A stretch of DNA of 64,000 bases, taken from NCBI RefSeq assembly GCF_009914755.1, contig NC_060928.1. One strand, written 5' to 3'. The DNA comes from the human T2T-CHM13v2.0 reference genome, Homo sapiens. The notes beneath the pieces were generated by a model. That model was not told the DNA's origin, ran no database searches, and was given only the letters and a program-made list of their open reading frames with translations. Below, piece by piece: positions 32,680 through 46,108 of this stretch. The first letter of the stretch is position 1. Every line of letters begins with the position of its first letter. A program made the position numbers and the translations under genes.

Positions 32680-35374
32680 GATGTAACATTTGTTATTTTA
32701 TTGGAAAAAGCTGGTATTAACATATTTATAGTTTTATTCAACAATTGGGTAATTTGTGAGACACCAAAGAAAAAAAGAATGCACCTATGAGTTACAGAGT
32801 CCAAACTGATCAGGGCTGACAACTTGACCACCATGTATCCCACACCACCACCCCCACCACCACCACCACCAACAGCTTCGTCCTCAGAGAAGAGCTAAAT
32901 TAAAAACAAAACCAAAAAAACCCCAACAACTTCACAATGACTATGTGAACGCCCGTACATTCGAGAGTACCAGGAAATGTAAGCAGAGCCAGGATGCAAG
33001 TCTGTGACTATTACACTGGTCCTTCCACCGTTTCTGGTTTTGTCCCTCCCCTCGACACCTTTTCTTAACACACATTTGATCTTCACAATTTGCTTTGGAC
33101 ATCATTATTTTCCAGGGATCCAGAGACATACTTTTCTTCAAAGAAGATCTTTTCCTTTCTTTTTTCTTCTTTTTGGTTTGGTACCCAAAGTTTAAAACAG
33201 AAGTAAGGAACTAGGAACTGTATTAAGACCTCCTTTTGAAGGACATGTAAGATTTGTACTTTGAAGATGGTAAATGTTAAATCTATGATGTGACAGTAAC
33301 CTCTAGCTGCAAATACAAGTTTCTTCTCTTAACATTTGACTCACAAAGGGAGATGGATCGTAGCAAATATCCAAGTAATGGGTAAGGCCCTCAGAGCTGG
33401 GTTTTGGCTTTAACACGCTATCTATACAATTGACCACATTCTCGAACCTCTTTACAAGGGGGAAAAAAGTAATCCAATCCTTTGATTGTTAAATTTAATT
33501 AGAATAGATATGTACATATAATACTGTCCAGGTCAACTGGATTTTATAGTGATATATAAACAAACATTCTTCATTCACGTTGATTAAAAAAAAATCAATG
33601 ATCCATTTCCCTGTGTAAATGTTATATGGCCAGAAGTGAGTACACATGCACTTTGTGCTTTTACACACACAAAAGTATACTGTAATCCACTGAGAATAAC
33701 CTCAGCTGGGTCTGTTTCCTGGGTTATGTTATATCTTGTAAAAAACAAAACAAAACAAAACCAAAAAAAAGTTTGGATTTGGCTGGGTCTCTGCTCCCCA
33801 CTTTCTGAATCAAAATGCCCAACTACGTGGTTCTGCTGCAAGTCCATGAGCAAAGACGACTCAGAGGGGTGGGCAGGTTTGGTATCACCAGAACAGGAGC
33901 ATCTACCATGGAAACACCACCTTCTCTGTGGCCCTCATTGTCAGAGGGGCAGAGTTCCCGAGGGATGTGTCCTCTGGGACTGTGTGGTCCTTAAAGTAAA
34001 GGTATCCTAAAATGGTCAGAACATGCAATTTCCTTTCAAAGGCAGTTCAGTGCATTGGCTCAAGGAGGGTGCAAGCCCAGGATGAAGTGGAGTCCTGGGG
34101 AGGGCCGCACTCCTGAAGCCACCAAGCAGAGCGAGGAGCTCCGGGGGGTCTTCTCTGTCTTCCATCCTGCGTCTCAGTTCTCCCGGACCCTTGTCCTACT
34201 TCACAAGACAGAGGCATTCCTTTCCAAACCTTCCATTTGAATGTCGCTCTAACATGAGCCGCCCACGAGATGGACTGGAGAGAACCTTGTGTGAAGACCC
34301 GGACGGGTTCCTGACACCACTGCACGGCACCTGCCATGGGTGACCTGTGCATCCGCTCAGAGCCTCAGCTTCTTCTCGTGGACAGAGGGGATCCTAAGGG
34401 TTCCCGCTTATCCCCAGCATCCAGCCCAGAGCCTGGCACGCTTCGAGAAGTTGGTGTTTATGGAGGAAATGAATGAACACCCACCTCACAGTCAGGAGGA
34501 AGATTCCAAAAAATCGTGCATGGGAGTCAGTGTCCGCTCCGGGAAGGTGCCCAGTGAATGCTGAAGGGTGAGGCGGCAGGGAGGGCTGCAGGGGGTAAGT
34601 CAACTGCCTCTAGGGCTGAGCACCACGCCTGGTACACAGCAGAGGCTCAGCAAATGGCAGGTGAATCAGATGAGGACACAGGCACACAGAAGACAAACCC
34701 CACTCCGCTCCTCTCGGGAAACCGCACCAGACCTGGGACCTGGGATGTTTCAAGACATTCAGAAGACCTAGGAGAGGAGCTTGCATCTGCAAATTCTCAG
34801 CATGAATTCACCATCCAAAAAACAACGGTGAGGTCATCAGCTCTGAGACAGGGCGAATTGCCCCATTTATAACCAAAAGAACCCCTGGCTGGCTCGTTTG
34901 AGACTCATCATCTGTCCCTGGAGCCCTGATCTGGGACCAGTGAGGCATGGGGGAGAAGCAGCTCCCATCAGCTCCGGTCCCTGCAACAGGACACACTGGA
35001 GTGAAAAATTAACCCGGACGCATAAAAAGTCCTATTGATGTGGTAAAGACCGCAGACCGAGACAGGAAGGGACGTGAATGAAAGAACCCTGAACTGTAAG
35101 ACTCCACAGTCATGTCCATTTTATGATTTGCGGCGGTGAACGCTTCCTCTCCTTTTTATTTTTTTAAACAGACAATTACTGCCAAACACAATTCTGGCCT
35201 AGGAAAGCTGGGGCAGGGAGGGGGCCCAAACTTCCTGTGTCCACACACTGCCACCTCTGCAGCTGTCCTCATCAGTGCTGTGACTTTCTTCCCCTCCTTG
35301 CATTGCGGTCGTGAAGGTCATGTCGGGGATGACTTGCATGAGGCTGGGTGGCAGGGGCCGGGATCTGCACATAC
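32680..35374 (-). other. PPP2R2C: PPP2R2C 3'UTR (about 2.7 kb; distal ~1.1 kb is AU-rich and repeat-free)
   Basis: Extends from the stop codon to a pair of minus-strand AATAAA signals; exact cleavage site is estimated. Confidence 0.75.
32697..32738 (-). terminator. PPP2R2C: PPP2R2C tandem polyadenylation signals (AATAAA x2)
   Basis: TTTATT on the + strand at 32697-32702 and 32733-32738. Confidence 0.75.
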
Positions 35375-35666
35375 CTAGTGCATGTCAGAGTTTACCTTGT
35401 CCTGGAAGATGTACAGGTTGTTGGTGGCGGCAATGGCAATGATGTTCTCAGCCGGGTGCCAGGCCGTGTGCAGGATCTTCTTGGTGAAGTCCAAGCTGTC
35501 CACACTGATGTCATCACGCCGGCGCTTGCCCCCCACGCACACGCGCCGTGGCTTGAGCACAGCCCGGGGCTTGCTGCTTTCCCTCGAGGCCTCCAGGGTC
35601 ACGTCCCGCTTGGTGTTCCGATCGAACATGCGGAAGAAGTTGTTGTAGGCCCCGGTCATGATGACG
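35375..35666 (-). CDS. PPP2R2C: PP2A B55-gamma terminal coding exon ([17 protein letters not shown]...[15 protein letters not shown])
   Basis: Acceptor ttctcccaccag|C and TAG stop at 35377-35375; phase matches the previous exon. Confidence 0.97.
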
Positions 35667-35726
35667 CTGGTGGGAGAAGGAGAGGCATCAGGTGAGGAGG
35701 AGCACAAGCCCCTTCTCGAGAAATAA

Positions 35727-36012
35727 GCCCAGGTGTGGGGGCTCACGCCCATAATCCCAGGACTTTGGGAGGCCCCGGTGGGAGGATTGCTTCAGCCTAG
35801 GAGTTCAAGACCAGCCTGGACAACATAGCGAGACTCCACCTCTACAAAAAAAAATTAAAAATGACCGTAGTCCCAGCTATTCAGGAGGTTGAGGCAGGAG
35901 GATCACCTGAGCCTGGGGAGGCAGAGACTGCAGTGAGCTGTGATTTACCACTGCAGTCTAGCCTGGGTGACAGAGTAAAACTCTGTCCCAAAACAACAAA
36001 CAAATGAAAAAG
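35727..36012 (+). mobile_element. Alu (AluJ-like)
   Basis: ggaggattgcttcagcctaggagttcaagaccagcctggacaacatagcgagac. Confidence 0.9.
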
Positions 36013-36161
36013 CAATCCCAGAGCCTACAGAGCCATCACTCCCTGGAAAGGGAAACCACACCTGCCTCTATTCCCCTGTATCTTGGGGTCTCTTATACCC
36101 CCTCACATGTCAGCTGCCACCAACATGCAGACTTTGGGGCCAGGAGCTAAGATCCTTTTTA

Positions 36162-36500
<339 letters not shown>

Positions 36501-37855
36501 ACCCTCCTGTAATTTCTGTTAGTCCAGGAGAGAAAGCTCTGGCCTTCCAAACAGACTGTGCAACCACAGCAGGAGGTAGACATGGAAGCAGCTGGGACAG
36601 AAAACCACCAGGCCCTGCTTCCCTCCAGGGGCCCGCCTGTCCCGAGGACTCGGGCGAATAAACAAACATGCATCGCCATGAGGGTCGGGGCGAGCAGTGC
36701 TGACGTGCAGGGGCTCGCTGCCCTCACCGTCCCGCTAAAGAGAATTCCACACCATTTCTCTGCTCTCCCTGCTCCTAAGGAGAAGGGGTTCCTGCCGGTG
36801 GGAGGAAGGGTAAGTTCATCCACATAGTAAGAGGCAGGAGAGAAAGCACAGTTCTGTGGGCCTGCGCCCAGAGGGAGGGTTTTGGGGTTTGGCCTCTGCA
36901 GGGCCCTGGAGCAGCTGTGAGGTGCAAGGTAACTGGGGAGGAAGAGGATGTTACGAAAAGCGACCATAAAGAAGTTGTCCTGCTGAAGGCTCTTCAGGGA
37001 GGAAATCCTGTTTCCTTTTGGAAGCTGAGCTGGGCTTCCTGAGGGTGACACTGCTCTGTGACAGAACCAGGTGGATCCCTGGGTCTCCAGGGGTTATGCA
37101 CAGAGGACAAAAGCTCACACGTGAGCTCCGGCACTGCAGTCAGGGGCTTGGGCTCTGGCCAGTCCGCCTGGGTCCGGATCCCAGCTCTGCCCTACCCTGA
37201 CATGCGCACTCTCTTAGTTTTCTATAAGAACTGGGATCAACAAGGGAACGCAGCCCCTGGTGAGCGTGAATCAGGGGACATAGGCTGAACACCCCGCACA
37301 GTGCTGGGCTTGAGGCACTTTGCTTCTTGTTATTTACCAGGTACTCCTCGATCCTAATCGTCCATGTGACCAAAGCCGCACCCGCTTTATATGTGACTCA
37401 GAGCCTGGGACAAGGGAAGCAGCATGCGAGGGGGGCCGGGTGAACGAGTCCCACAGAAGGGCCCTGCCCAGGCGCCACAGGCTGACTGGGGGAGGCCACA
37501 CCCTCCCCGCGCCAGCACAGTGGGGAGGCAGCCCCCTTTGTTCTTCAGGGAACAGTTCACAGAATGAACCTGGGTGATTTCACACAATGCTGGTTCTTCT
37601 GATCCATTTAGTGGAAGGAGAGCGACATAATTAAAGTCATTTGCAACCCACACAGTTCCTGATCCTCCCCCTGTTCGGGTGTGGAATTCAGCTGACACGT
37701 GCTCTGGGGGAGAGGGAGGGGCCCCTCTCATCCTAGAGCACCAGGCCGCACCACCATGAGAGCCATTCCTCACATTCAGGCAGGTTTCTTAAATTCCAGA
37801 AGGTTCCCTTAACAGGGAAAAGGGCAGGGGAGCTGCTTCACCTCTCCTAGCCTCA

Positions 37856-38050
<195 letters not shown>

Positions 38051-39491
38051 CTATCCCTGTGAGCGGTCAATCACAGTGCTCTCCCCGCCCCTTGGCCTGG
38101 CCAACTTGGGCATGTGATATCCCTGTCCATGCTGATTGGTGCAAAAAGTGGGCAAGTGACCCACACAGAGCCAATCAGATCCTTCCATGAGAGTTTTACA
38201 CAGTCCCTGGGAGGGGTTGGCTGGCTGAGGATAATGGAAAGGGGAATGATTTGGGGGTCATCTCTGAAGAGGGAGAGGATGAGGCCAGTGTGTAAGAAGA
38301 AGCAGGGAGGAGCGGAGATGGGGAAGCATGGAGAGAAGAAAACGGCCGGAGAGAAAAAAACAGCCCTAGGGATACAGCATGGGCCCCTGGGGGAGCCTTG
38401 CCCAGGACTCCTCAGAGCAAGTGTAGGTGTGTTTGACTCCCGCACCCGAGCACGCTCGGCTGGCACAAATCTCTCCCCCCAGGCAGGACAGATCAAGGAG
38501 AACTTCATGGAGGAGGGGGCGTTGAAGCCTGTTGTGGGAGGGCCTGCGGGATTCCTCCGGGTAGGTAACCTGGGGAAGGGCAGGCCTGCCAATAGGATAG
38601 TCCACGCAGGATCACTGCGGCACCCCTGCGCATACGAACTGGGATCTTGCTGAAGGCATCACACATGCTCTCATCCCCAAAGCGGCCACGAAGGCCAGTT
38701 TCCTAGAACCACTTTCCAGCCGAGCTGACTTAGGGGCTTCCTCAAGCACACGGTGGCGAGGGTAGAATGTGGACCAGAGACTGAGAGAGTCCAGCAGGAG
38801 AGCTGCTGCCTCTCCACAGCGCGCTGCCCATCTGCGTTCTGCCGGTGCTAGGAAGCCCCACGACAGGGGCCATCGGGCAGCCACCACGCGGCAGCAGCGG
38901 CGCTCTGCGGGCCGGACCAACTGTCAGAGGGGGTCACCAGGAATAAGAGGGCAGCAACTGGGAGCCTGCCAGGATTCGAGTTTGCTTTGGTCTGCAAGGA
39001 TGTGGGAACCTGGGGGGAATCCTTGCTTCTCTCCTGAGCCTCTGAGGCCCTGGAAGGCAGGACCCAGGGTCTGTTTATCTTGGGACCCCTGACCATGGGG
39101 CATGTTGTTCTCAGAACAGTGCTCAAAGTGAACTGGGAGGTGGCACACCTCTATGCCTTCTAGAAACACCCACAGCCACTGGACACACCTGAGGTCCCCA
39201 GTGAAGGGCTCAGAACAGGTTGAGTCATAGTAGCCCCCCAGGGCACCCCACCCATTGCGGGAGGCAAACAAGGACAGAGGTTCCAGCCGGGCAGAGCAGA
39301 GCCAGCTGTGGAGCGAGAGACAGTGAGGCGGGTGGGGGACCACTAGGACAGGGCGTGGCTGGCGTGTAAAGTGCACGCAGGAAGTGGCGGGTGGGAGGCA
39401 GGACAGGAGAGCCCAGGCCTGGACACCACTGTCAGCCTGGGGATGCTTGGCGGCTTCTCCAGTCCTGGGAGCAGGCATCACCTGGCCGCGG

Positions 39492-39505
39492 GTGCCCCCT
39501 GGTGG
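39492..39505 (-). promoter_or_regulatory. candidate CTCF site CCACCAGGGGGCAC
   Basis: 14/14 match to CCASYAGRKGGCRS on the - strand. Confidence 0.55.
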
Positions 39506-41302
39506 CAGCTTGAAGGAAGGACGGGCAGTGGGTCGCAGCCAGCGGGGACCTACCCCGCAAAACGCACATAAAAGCTGGAATCAGCTTGTTACAGCTGCAG
39601 GTCCCTCTCGTCCGATTTGGATAGACCCTCTTGGGACCCACTGCACCAGGGAACCCCAAATGCAGCTCAGCAGCATGGGAGGAGCCCTGTCTGCTGGGGG
39701 TGTCTGGGATCTATCTGGGGGCAGGGCCTAGAGAGAAGGTCCTGTGTCCTGCTGACCCAGCTGTGCCAGCCCAGCCCCGGGTCGGGCCTCCATCCTGGTT
39801 TTCTAAGCATCCTTTAGTGGCCCCCTGTGATCACCATGCCAGCCCCTTGCCTGAGCTCGGGCTCTGCTGAGAGACCCCTGCGGGCTGGGGGAGCTCCAGG
39901 ATGTTGGCAACTCTCTCAGAAATCTCCTTCCCTGGACACAATGACTTGGCCCCCCACTTGGATCCAGCCCTGCTTCCAGGGGGCTCCCTCCTGGTCCTGT
40001 CTCTGCCATGTCCAGCCCTCCCCTCATCCCACACACCAACCCTGATGGTCCCAGCCCTATGCCCAGAGCCACAGAGAGTCATAGTGCGGCAGCTCTCACA
40101 TGACCACCACAGTGCCAGCCACCCTCAGAGGTCTGGGAGAGCCCAGACCTGTCATGTTGACTGATGCCATCCACAGGGTGGACAGCCCCCCACCAGGTGA
40201 TGCCCAAGTCAGGGCTGCTGGCTCTCACTCCACCCTCCTTGCCCACCACACTGGACAGGACTGCGGGGAGGAGGTGACAGTACATGGGCTCCTGACAGGT
40301 GGTATTCTGATCTAGCAGCCAGTGTAGTCTTTATCTCCACACTGTGTATCATCTGGAGACCCACTTCTGAATCTGGGCGGCTGGACAAAGAGGCATCCTG
40401 TCCTTGAGGAAGCAGCTGTAGGAGACACTGAGAGGCCACCTCTCAGCTTCTGAGATCGAAACTCACAGATGGAGAGTAGGCTTGTCCATTTCAGAATCTT
40501 ACGCCTGGCAGGACCCTGAGCACAAAGCTGATGTGATTTGGGAGGGCAGAAGAGGGATTTTCCCACCTCCAGAATGGAGGAAGAATCCCAGAGAAGAGAC
40601 ACAGAGGTAAGGACCCACGGGTAGAGGTCAGGTCAGGAGCCCCTGCCACAGCCCCCTTGTCCATGCCCGCCCTGGGCTGAGCCCAGGCTAGGGAGACACA
40701 GGAACTCACTTCTGGCACTGGGGCGCCACTTTCCAGGCAGGTGGGGTTGAGAGACGGCTGGACTTGTGGATTGTGACAAGCCCTGGAGGGTGTAGGAGCT
40801 CCAAGGTGCCCCTGAGCCTCAGCGGGCCCGAGTGGGGTGTCACCAGGAAGAGAGGGAGACAGTAGTGGTGATGGGAGGAGGGGTGAGTAGACCGATGGTC
40901 AAAGCCACAGGGGTGCAGGGCTGTCTCAGGACATACAGGTGTGGATGGATGATGGTGACCGGGTGCTGGGCTATAGCCCTCGCCCCCGACAAGCTGGGAG
41001 AGGGGAGCACATCACCGGGGACCCTGAATTAACTAAACATGTTCCCACTACTGCCCATAGGGCAGGCGCCAACGTGGCTGTGAGGTTCAGTGACAGAAGA
41101 TGAAGAATTTCATGTCCTGCCCCTTGAATCTGAGCGCTGAGAGTTGGACCTGCTCTGGAAAGCGTGGGCTTCACCCAGACACCTGGACCCATTGAGGCTG
41201 AGTAGCCCCATGCTGCGGGTCACCGGAATCCCAGCCCAGACCCCTGCAGGGCAGAAACCCTCCCTACGGTGAGGTGAGGTGCGGGCTGAGGTCAGGGCTT
41301 AC

Positions 41303-41394
41303 CTGTCGCTCCCGTTCCAGGCACATTCAAACTTGTCGAAAATGCAGTCGTTCTCGTACAGGGAACAGAGCTTGCTCCGAAGGTAGTCATGGAC
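41303..41394 (-). CDS. PPP2R2C: PP2A B55-gamma coding exon (92 bp; VHDYLRSKLCSLYENDCIFDKFECAWNGSD)
   Basis: Acceptor caccag|GTC and donor AG|gtaagc; contains the conserved B55 motif LYENDCIFDKF. Confidence 0.97.
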
Positions 41395-41471
41395 CTGGTG
41401 GGATAAGGGATGAGGTGAGTGGACGGGGCGTCCCGACCATCCTGGCCCTTCCACAAGAAGGGTCTCAAAGA

Positions 41472-41752
41472 GCAGCGAGGGTCTGCATGCCCTGACATGG
41501 CCCAGCGCAGACCTGCTCATCTCAGCGAGGGTCTGAATGCTCTGACACAGCCCGACACAGCCCTGCTCATCTCATCGGGAGGCCCATGACCAGGCACACG
41601 GCTGACCCCGACCGTGACACAGCCCAATACAGCCCTGCTCATCTTATCGGGGGGCCCACGACCAGGCACACGGCTGACCTCCACCGTGACACAGCCCAAT
41701 ACAGCCCTGCTCATCTTATCGGGGGCCCACGACCAGGCACACGGCTGACCTC
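41472..41752. repeat. compound minisatellite (2 x ~50 bp then 3 x ~72 bp)
   Basis: Repeats of cagcgagggtctg...cctgctcatct, then tgacacagcccaatacagccctgctcatcttatcggggg...accaggcacacggctgacc. Confidence 0.9.
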
Positions 41753-42392
41753 TGAGCTGTGGCCAGAGACGGGAGTAGCACCAGGGAGCAGAGTCCACTG
41801 TGACAAACAGAACGCTCACAGCACAGGGGCCAGGACCACCTGGGGTCCAGATCCTGGCTCTGCCCTCCCAGCTGTGTGATCTTGGACAAGTGATTTCATC
41901 TCTCTGAGCCTCAGTTTCTTCAAACTTAAAGTGATAAGAGGGCGAACCTCACAGTGGTTCTGGCATTAAGTGCAGGGCAGGCCTTTTGAGGGTAATGATC
42001 TCCGAGAACACAGGGTGGCGGCCATCAAGAAAGGGGAAGAGGGAACCCACAGAGGTTTCTCATCCATCCACAGCACGAGGCACTGAGGCTCACAGGGTCA
42101 CACAGCCTCTAAGAGGCTGACCAGGACCCTTCCCCAGGATTCCCGTACCCCACAGGAGAGAGGGTGACACCCCAGGACCTGCATCCACCTGACTGCAGCC
42201 GGTCCTACAAGCCCTGTACCCGGAGGGCCGCATGAGTGCCAGCCCTCTGCTGAGGCTGGAGCTGCCAGGACAACAGGGCACGGGCTCTGCCCTCTGGGTG
42301 CGGAAGGGAAGGTAACTGGGTGCCATGGAGCCTGGTTTCAACTCCCAGGAGTTGAAATTAACAACTCCAACGAACACAGAAAATGTGAAGGG

Positions 42393-42776
42393 TGGTGTGA
42401 ACGTCAATTTCGTGTGTCAGCTTGGCTGGGCCAAGGTACCCAGATACTTGGTGTTTCTGTGAAGACATTTTGTAGGGGAGGTTAACATTTAAGCTGATAT
42501 ACTGAGTAAAGCAGGCTGCCCTCCATCATGTGGGGGGCCTTGTCCAATCAGTCGAAGGCCCTGATAGAACAAAGACAGACCTCCCTGAGGACCGGGGGAT
42601 TCCGCTAACAGATGCGTGTGGGCTCGCATAGTCACTCTCCCCTGGGTCACCAGCCTGCCCGCCTGCTCTGCAGATTTAGAACATGCCACGTGAGCTAATT
42701 CCTTCAAATCTCCCTTCTTTCTCAGTCTCTATCCCCATCCTGTTGGTTCTGTTTCTCTGAGCCATCTGACTAATAT
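42393..42776 (+). mobile_element. MLT2 (ERVL) LTR
   Basis: aatttcgtgtgtcagcttggctgggccaagg...tccaatcagtcgaaggcc...ggttctgtttctctgag...ctgactaata. Confidence 0.8.
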
Positions 42777-43261
42777 GGTGGCAAGGACTACACAGGAAAA
42801 CAGAGTGGCACTAGGGGAAGCAGGATTGGGAGGAAGGGCCTGCTATTCACTGCACACAGGATGGTTAGACAAGGCTACCTGACTCCCGCCTGGGGCCCTG
42901 CTCATCCCTCCCCAGCCCCCGTGTCCTCCTGGTGACCCTTGCCTTCCCCTTGGGCCCCTGGGCTGCAGCCCCACCAAGCTGAGGGTCACTGTGTTCCTGT
43001 CTGTCTGGGACCCTCGAGGGTGAGGCCGAGGTTCTTCCTTCTCTCTGGGTCCAGGGTCTAGCACTGTGTTGGGCACAGGGTACTGGCTCAGTATGTGTAA
43101 CAACTAAAATCAAGGGGGATGAATGGCAGCAGGTTTTAGTGTTCGTGTCCCACCCCCGGCTCTGCATTTTTGTGTGTCCTCCTTACTCAGCTCCCAGCAG
43201 CCTTGGTGATGCACGCGTCCAAATGCGCATGCTGTTCTCTCTGCCGTGCACTAAGCATCTC

Positions 43262-43275
43262 CTGCCCTCTAGTGG
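43262..43275 (-). promoter_or_regulatory. candidate CTCF site CCACTAGAGGGCAG
   Basis: 14/14 match to CCASYAGRKGGCRS on the - strand. Confidence 0.55.
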
Positions 43276-43529
43276 CAGGGTGAGGAAGAGCTCTGGAGAA
43301 AGACTGTCAATCTAAGGTCCGCTGCTTGCTGGCTCTGTCACAGATTTGCCATTTAACTCAATTGTCTTCCAATAAAATGGGATGGGGAGAATACCGGCCC
43401 CACCTCCCAGGACAGCTGGGAGGCTTAGATGAGGCAAAGCATACTATGGACTTACCTCAGTGTGGCTCATTCAACAACCGTCCCCAGCCCCTTCACCCTT
43501 GCCTTCTTCAACCACAGAGGCTGTTAAAC

Positions 43530-43935
43530 CATTAATCTTCCCAGCCACTATGGTGGCTGCCAGGGACCCATTCTAGACAATGAGGTGTAAGAAGTCTTCT
43601 GAGAAGCATTCTGGGGAAGATTTTACAATCACAGTGAAACACGCAACAGACCCCAGGGGTGAGATCTAGTGCATTTCCTATTTCCTGCCTGGAATGTAGG
43701 CAAAGTGCTTGGAGGTGTGGCAGCCACTTTGCCACCATGAGGTACCACATGTGAAGGTGGAAAACCAACGCCCAAATGATGGTGGACTGGATCACAGAAG
43801 GAACCACTGTGGCGCTGCCGGGGTCATGGAGCCCCCCCACCTTCCTGGACTGCCCTCTCCAGACTCCCTGTTTTGGGAGAAAAATAGCCCCGATTTGTTA
43901 AGCACCGCACACCAGCCGAACGCAGTCCTGCTACA
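43530..43935 (+). mobile_element. old ERVL-type LTR (LTR33/LTR16-like)
   Basis: tttcctgcctggaatgtagg...ggaggtgtggcagccactttgccaccatgagg; subfamily uncertain. Confidence 0.45.
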
Positions 43936-45602
43936 CACAATTTCTAGCACATCACAAGCCACCAAAAAATGTTGGTTGTTGTTCTGCTTTTATGTAGTTA
44001 TTGCTATTATTTTAGCATCAATAGGTCAGCTGGGCCAGATGCCAAGTGCCCAGCTTACGGCCTCACGCTCCAGAACAGTCATTCCCCTCCTTCGTGGGGT
44101 CCTTCATGAGAATTTCAGAAAGCTGTGTCCCCCTCCCCCTGAAAATGCTCATAGAACACATTCCACGTAGTTTCAGGGGTTCATGGGCCTTTGCTGACCT
44201 CAGGGATGGAGGTAAGTGACCGGACAAGGGGCCGGAGGGGGTTGGAAATGTTCATTTCCCTGAGCTGCCTCCAGAGGGAGCCAGAGAGTTGCTCCTGCAG
44301 GCTTGAGCCGGGCTTATCCTGTCCCTCTCCTAGTCTGGGGTCTCTGCCATTCCCACAGGGACAGAGGAGGGCTGAGTCCTGCCTGGGGTGTGCAGTGTGA
44401 GGAGGGGGCCTGAGGGAGGAGCTGGGGCAGTCGCAAGAACTCAAGTAAACACACGTGGCTGACAAACAGGCGGTCCCCATAGCGGTCCTTGTGGGTGTGT
44501 GGCTTCCAGGAGCGTGAGCTGTTCCTCTGGGGCCCAGGTCAGATCAGAGCAGCCCACCCTCTGAGCTCTGCACCAGTTCCCAGCGAGGCCTGCGCCACCC
44601 AGGACGCTTTCCTACTAGGTCTTCGCACGGAGGAAAGGAAAGCGTAGGGCTCTGAGCCTGGGCTCTGAATCTGTCACCGCCCAGCCGAGAGACACCTCCC
44701 TCATCTCCCTACCTCTCAGTGCCCGAGTTCCCTTTCCACCAAATAGGATGATGGCTCCTTGTCACCGGACAGTAAAGAATGGAGGTGACAGATGTCAAGC
44801 ACGTGGCACCCCGTGTGTGAGGAGTGACACGGTGAGGAACCGGCTGGGGTTTCTGGTGGGGTGTTTTCCCACCCATGTTTGCACGGCCAGATCTTACCCA
44901 TCCTTCAAGGCCCAGCACAAATGCCACCTCCTCCAAGAAGCCTCCCTGATCTCCCCACCTAACTGGAACCAGCTTTGAAGCCATCCCACATTTCTTTCAA
45001 GTCCACATTTTATTTTAACATCACATGAGTTTTGTTGTCTACCCCCTAACATATCTGAATGGATGATAATAGCAAGATAATAAATAATACTGTCCAAGAA
45101 GGGCCCAGGCTTCACCTAGACTCCAGGCTTATAGGCCTGTGCTGAGGATCTGGAAAGGAAACATGTGCTCAGTTCACCTCTGCGTGCACTGCTTACGGAT
45201 GCACCCTGGGAGGGCAACGCTTAACCCTCTTTAATGGTACAGCTCCGATGCAGGCTCCCAGGGAGTGGGGAGGGAAGCCATCGTCTACATGCTCCACTGG
45301 GGCCCAGCCTGACGCTCATCTCTGTTCCCACATCTCTTTCCTCCCTGGAATTGAGGCCCCTGGGCCCTGGACTGCAGGCCTTGCTCAGGGACATCCAAAG
45401 CTCCCTGTGAGGCAAGACTGAGCACTCCTGCCCTCTGCCAAGCTACGTGTGGGGATGAGTTGCTGGATTTCTTCAGCCTCCGTGTCTTCACCTACATACT
45501 GGGCATATGAAAGCCATGCCTGGCTAGGAAGGCCCCCTCCATGGGGATCTCAGCATAGGGAAAAAAGACCCGGGATTGGGGGTCTCCTGCTGTGGTGCCC
45601 AC

Positions 45603-45772
45603 CTGGTAGGTCTCTATGGGTCTTGCCTCCATGTTCAGGTCCCAGACCTTGACTGTAAGGTAGTCCCGGGTGAGCATGTAGCGGCCGCTGTGGCTGAACT
45701 TCACGTCGGACACGGAGGAGATGATTTCCGAGAAGAATGAGCGGTTACTGGGGTCCTCAGGCTCTTCAAAGA
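45603..45772 (-). CDS. PPP2R2C: PP2A B55-gamma coding exon (170 bp; [56 protein letters not shown])
   Basis: Acceptor ctccacag|TC and donor CAG|gtgggc; contains a WD repeat ending VWD. Confidence 0.97.
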
Positions 45773-46094
45773 CTGTGGAGACAGAGAAGCAATGGCCGTC
45801 ACTGCGCTGCTCCCGCCCATGGGGTTGGCACGACGGATGACTCTGTTTTGCACCTGGGCCCATGCTCTGTTTATTCAGTCATTCATTCATTCCTCAAACC
45901 TAGAACTAAACACTTACCAGGGAACAAGCCTGGTAAGATTCTGTGCTGTGCAGAAATAGCCATTACTATCCCCATTCATAGCCAAGAAAATGGAGGAGCA
46001 GCTGGCTAAAACCCATGCCTGGGGAGTCAGTGCTGGAAGAAGGTGGTAGAGTCGGGATTTGAAGCCAAAGCTATACTTGATGTGCTGCCCTCTA

Positions 46095-46108
46095 CTGCCC
46101 CCTACTGG
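46095..46108 (-). promoter_or_regulatory. candidate CTCF site CCAGTAGGGGGCAG
   Basis: 14/14 match to CCASYAGRKGGCRS on the - strand. Confidence 0.55.
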
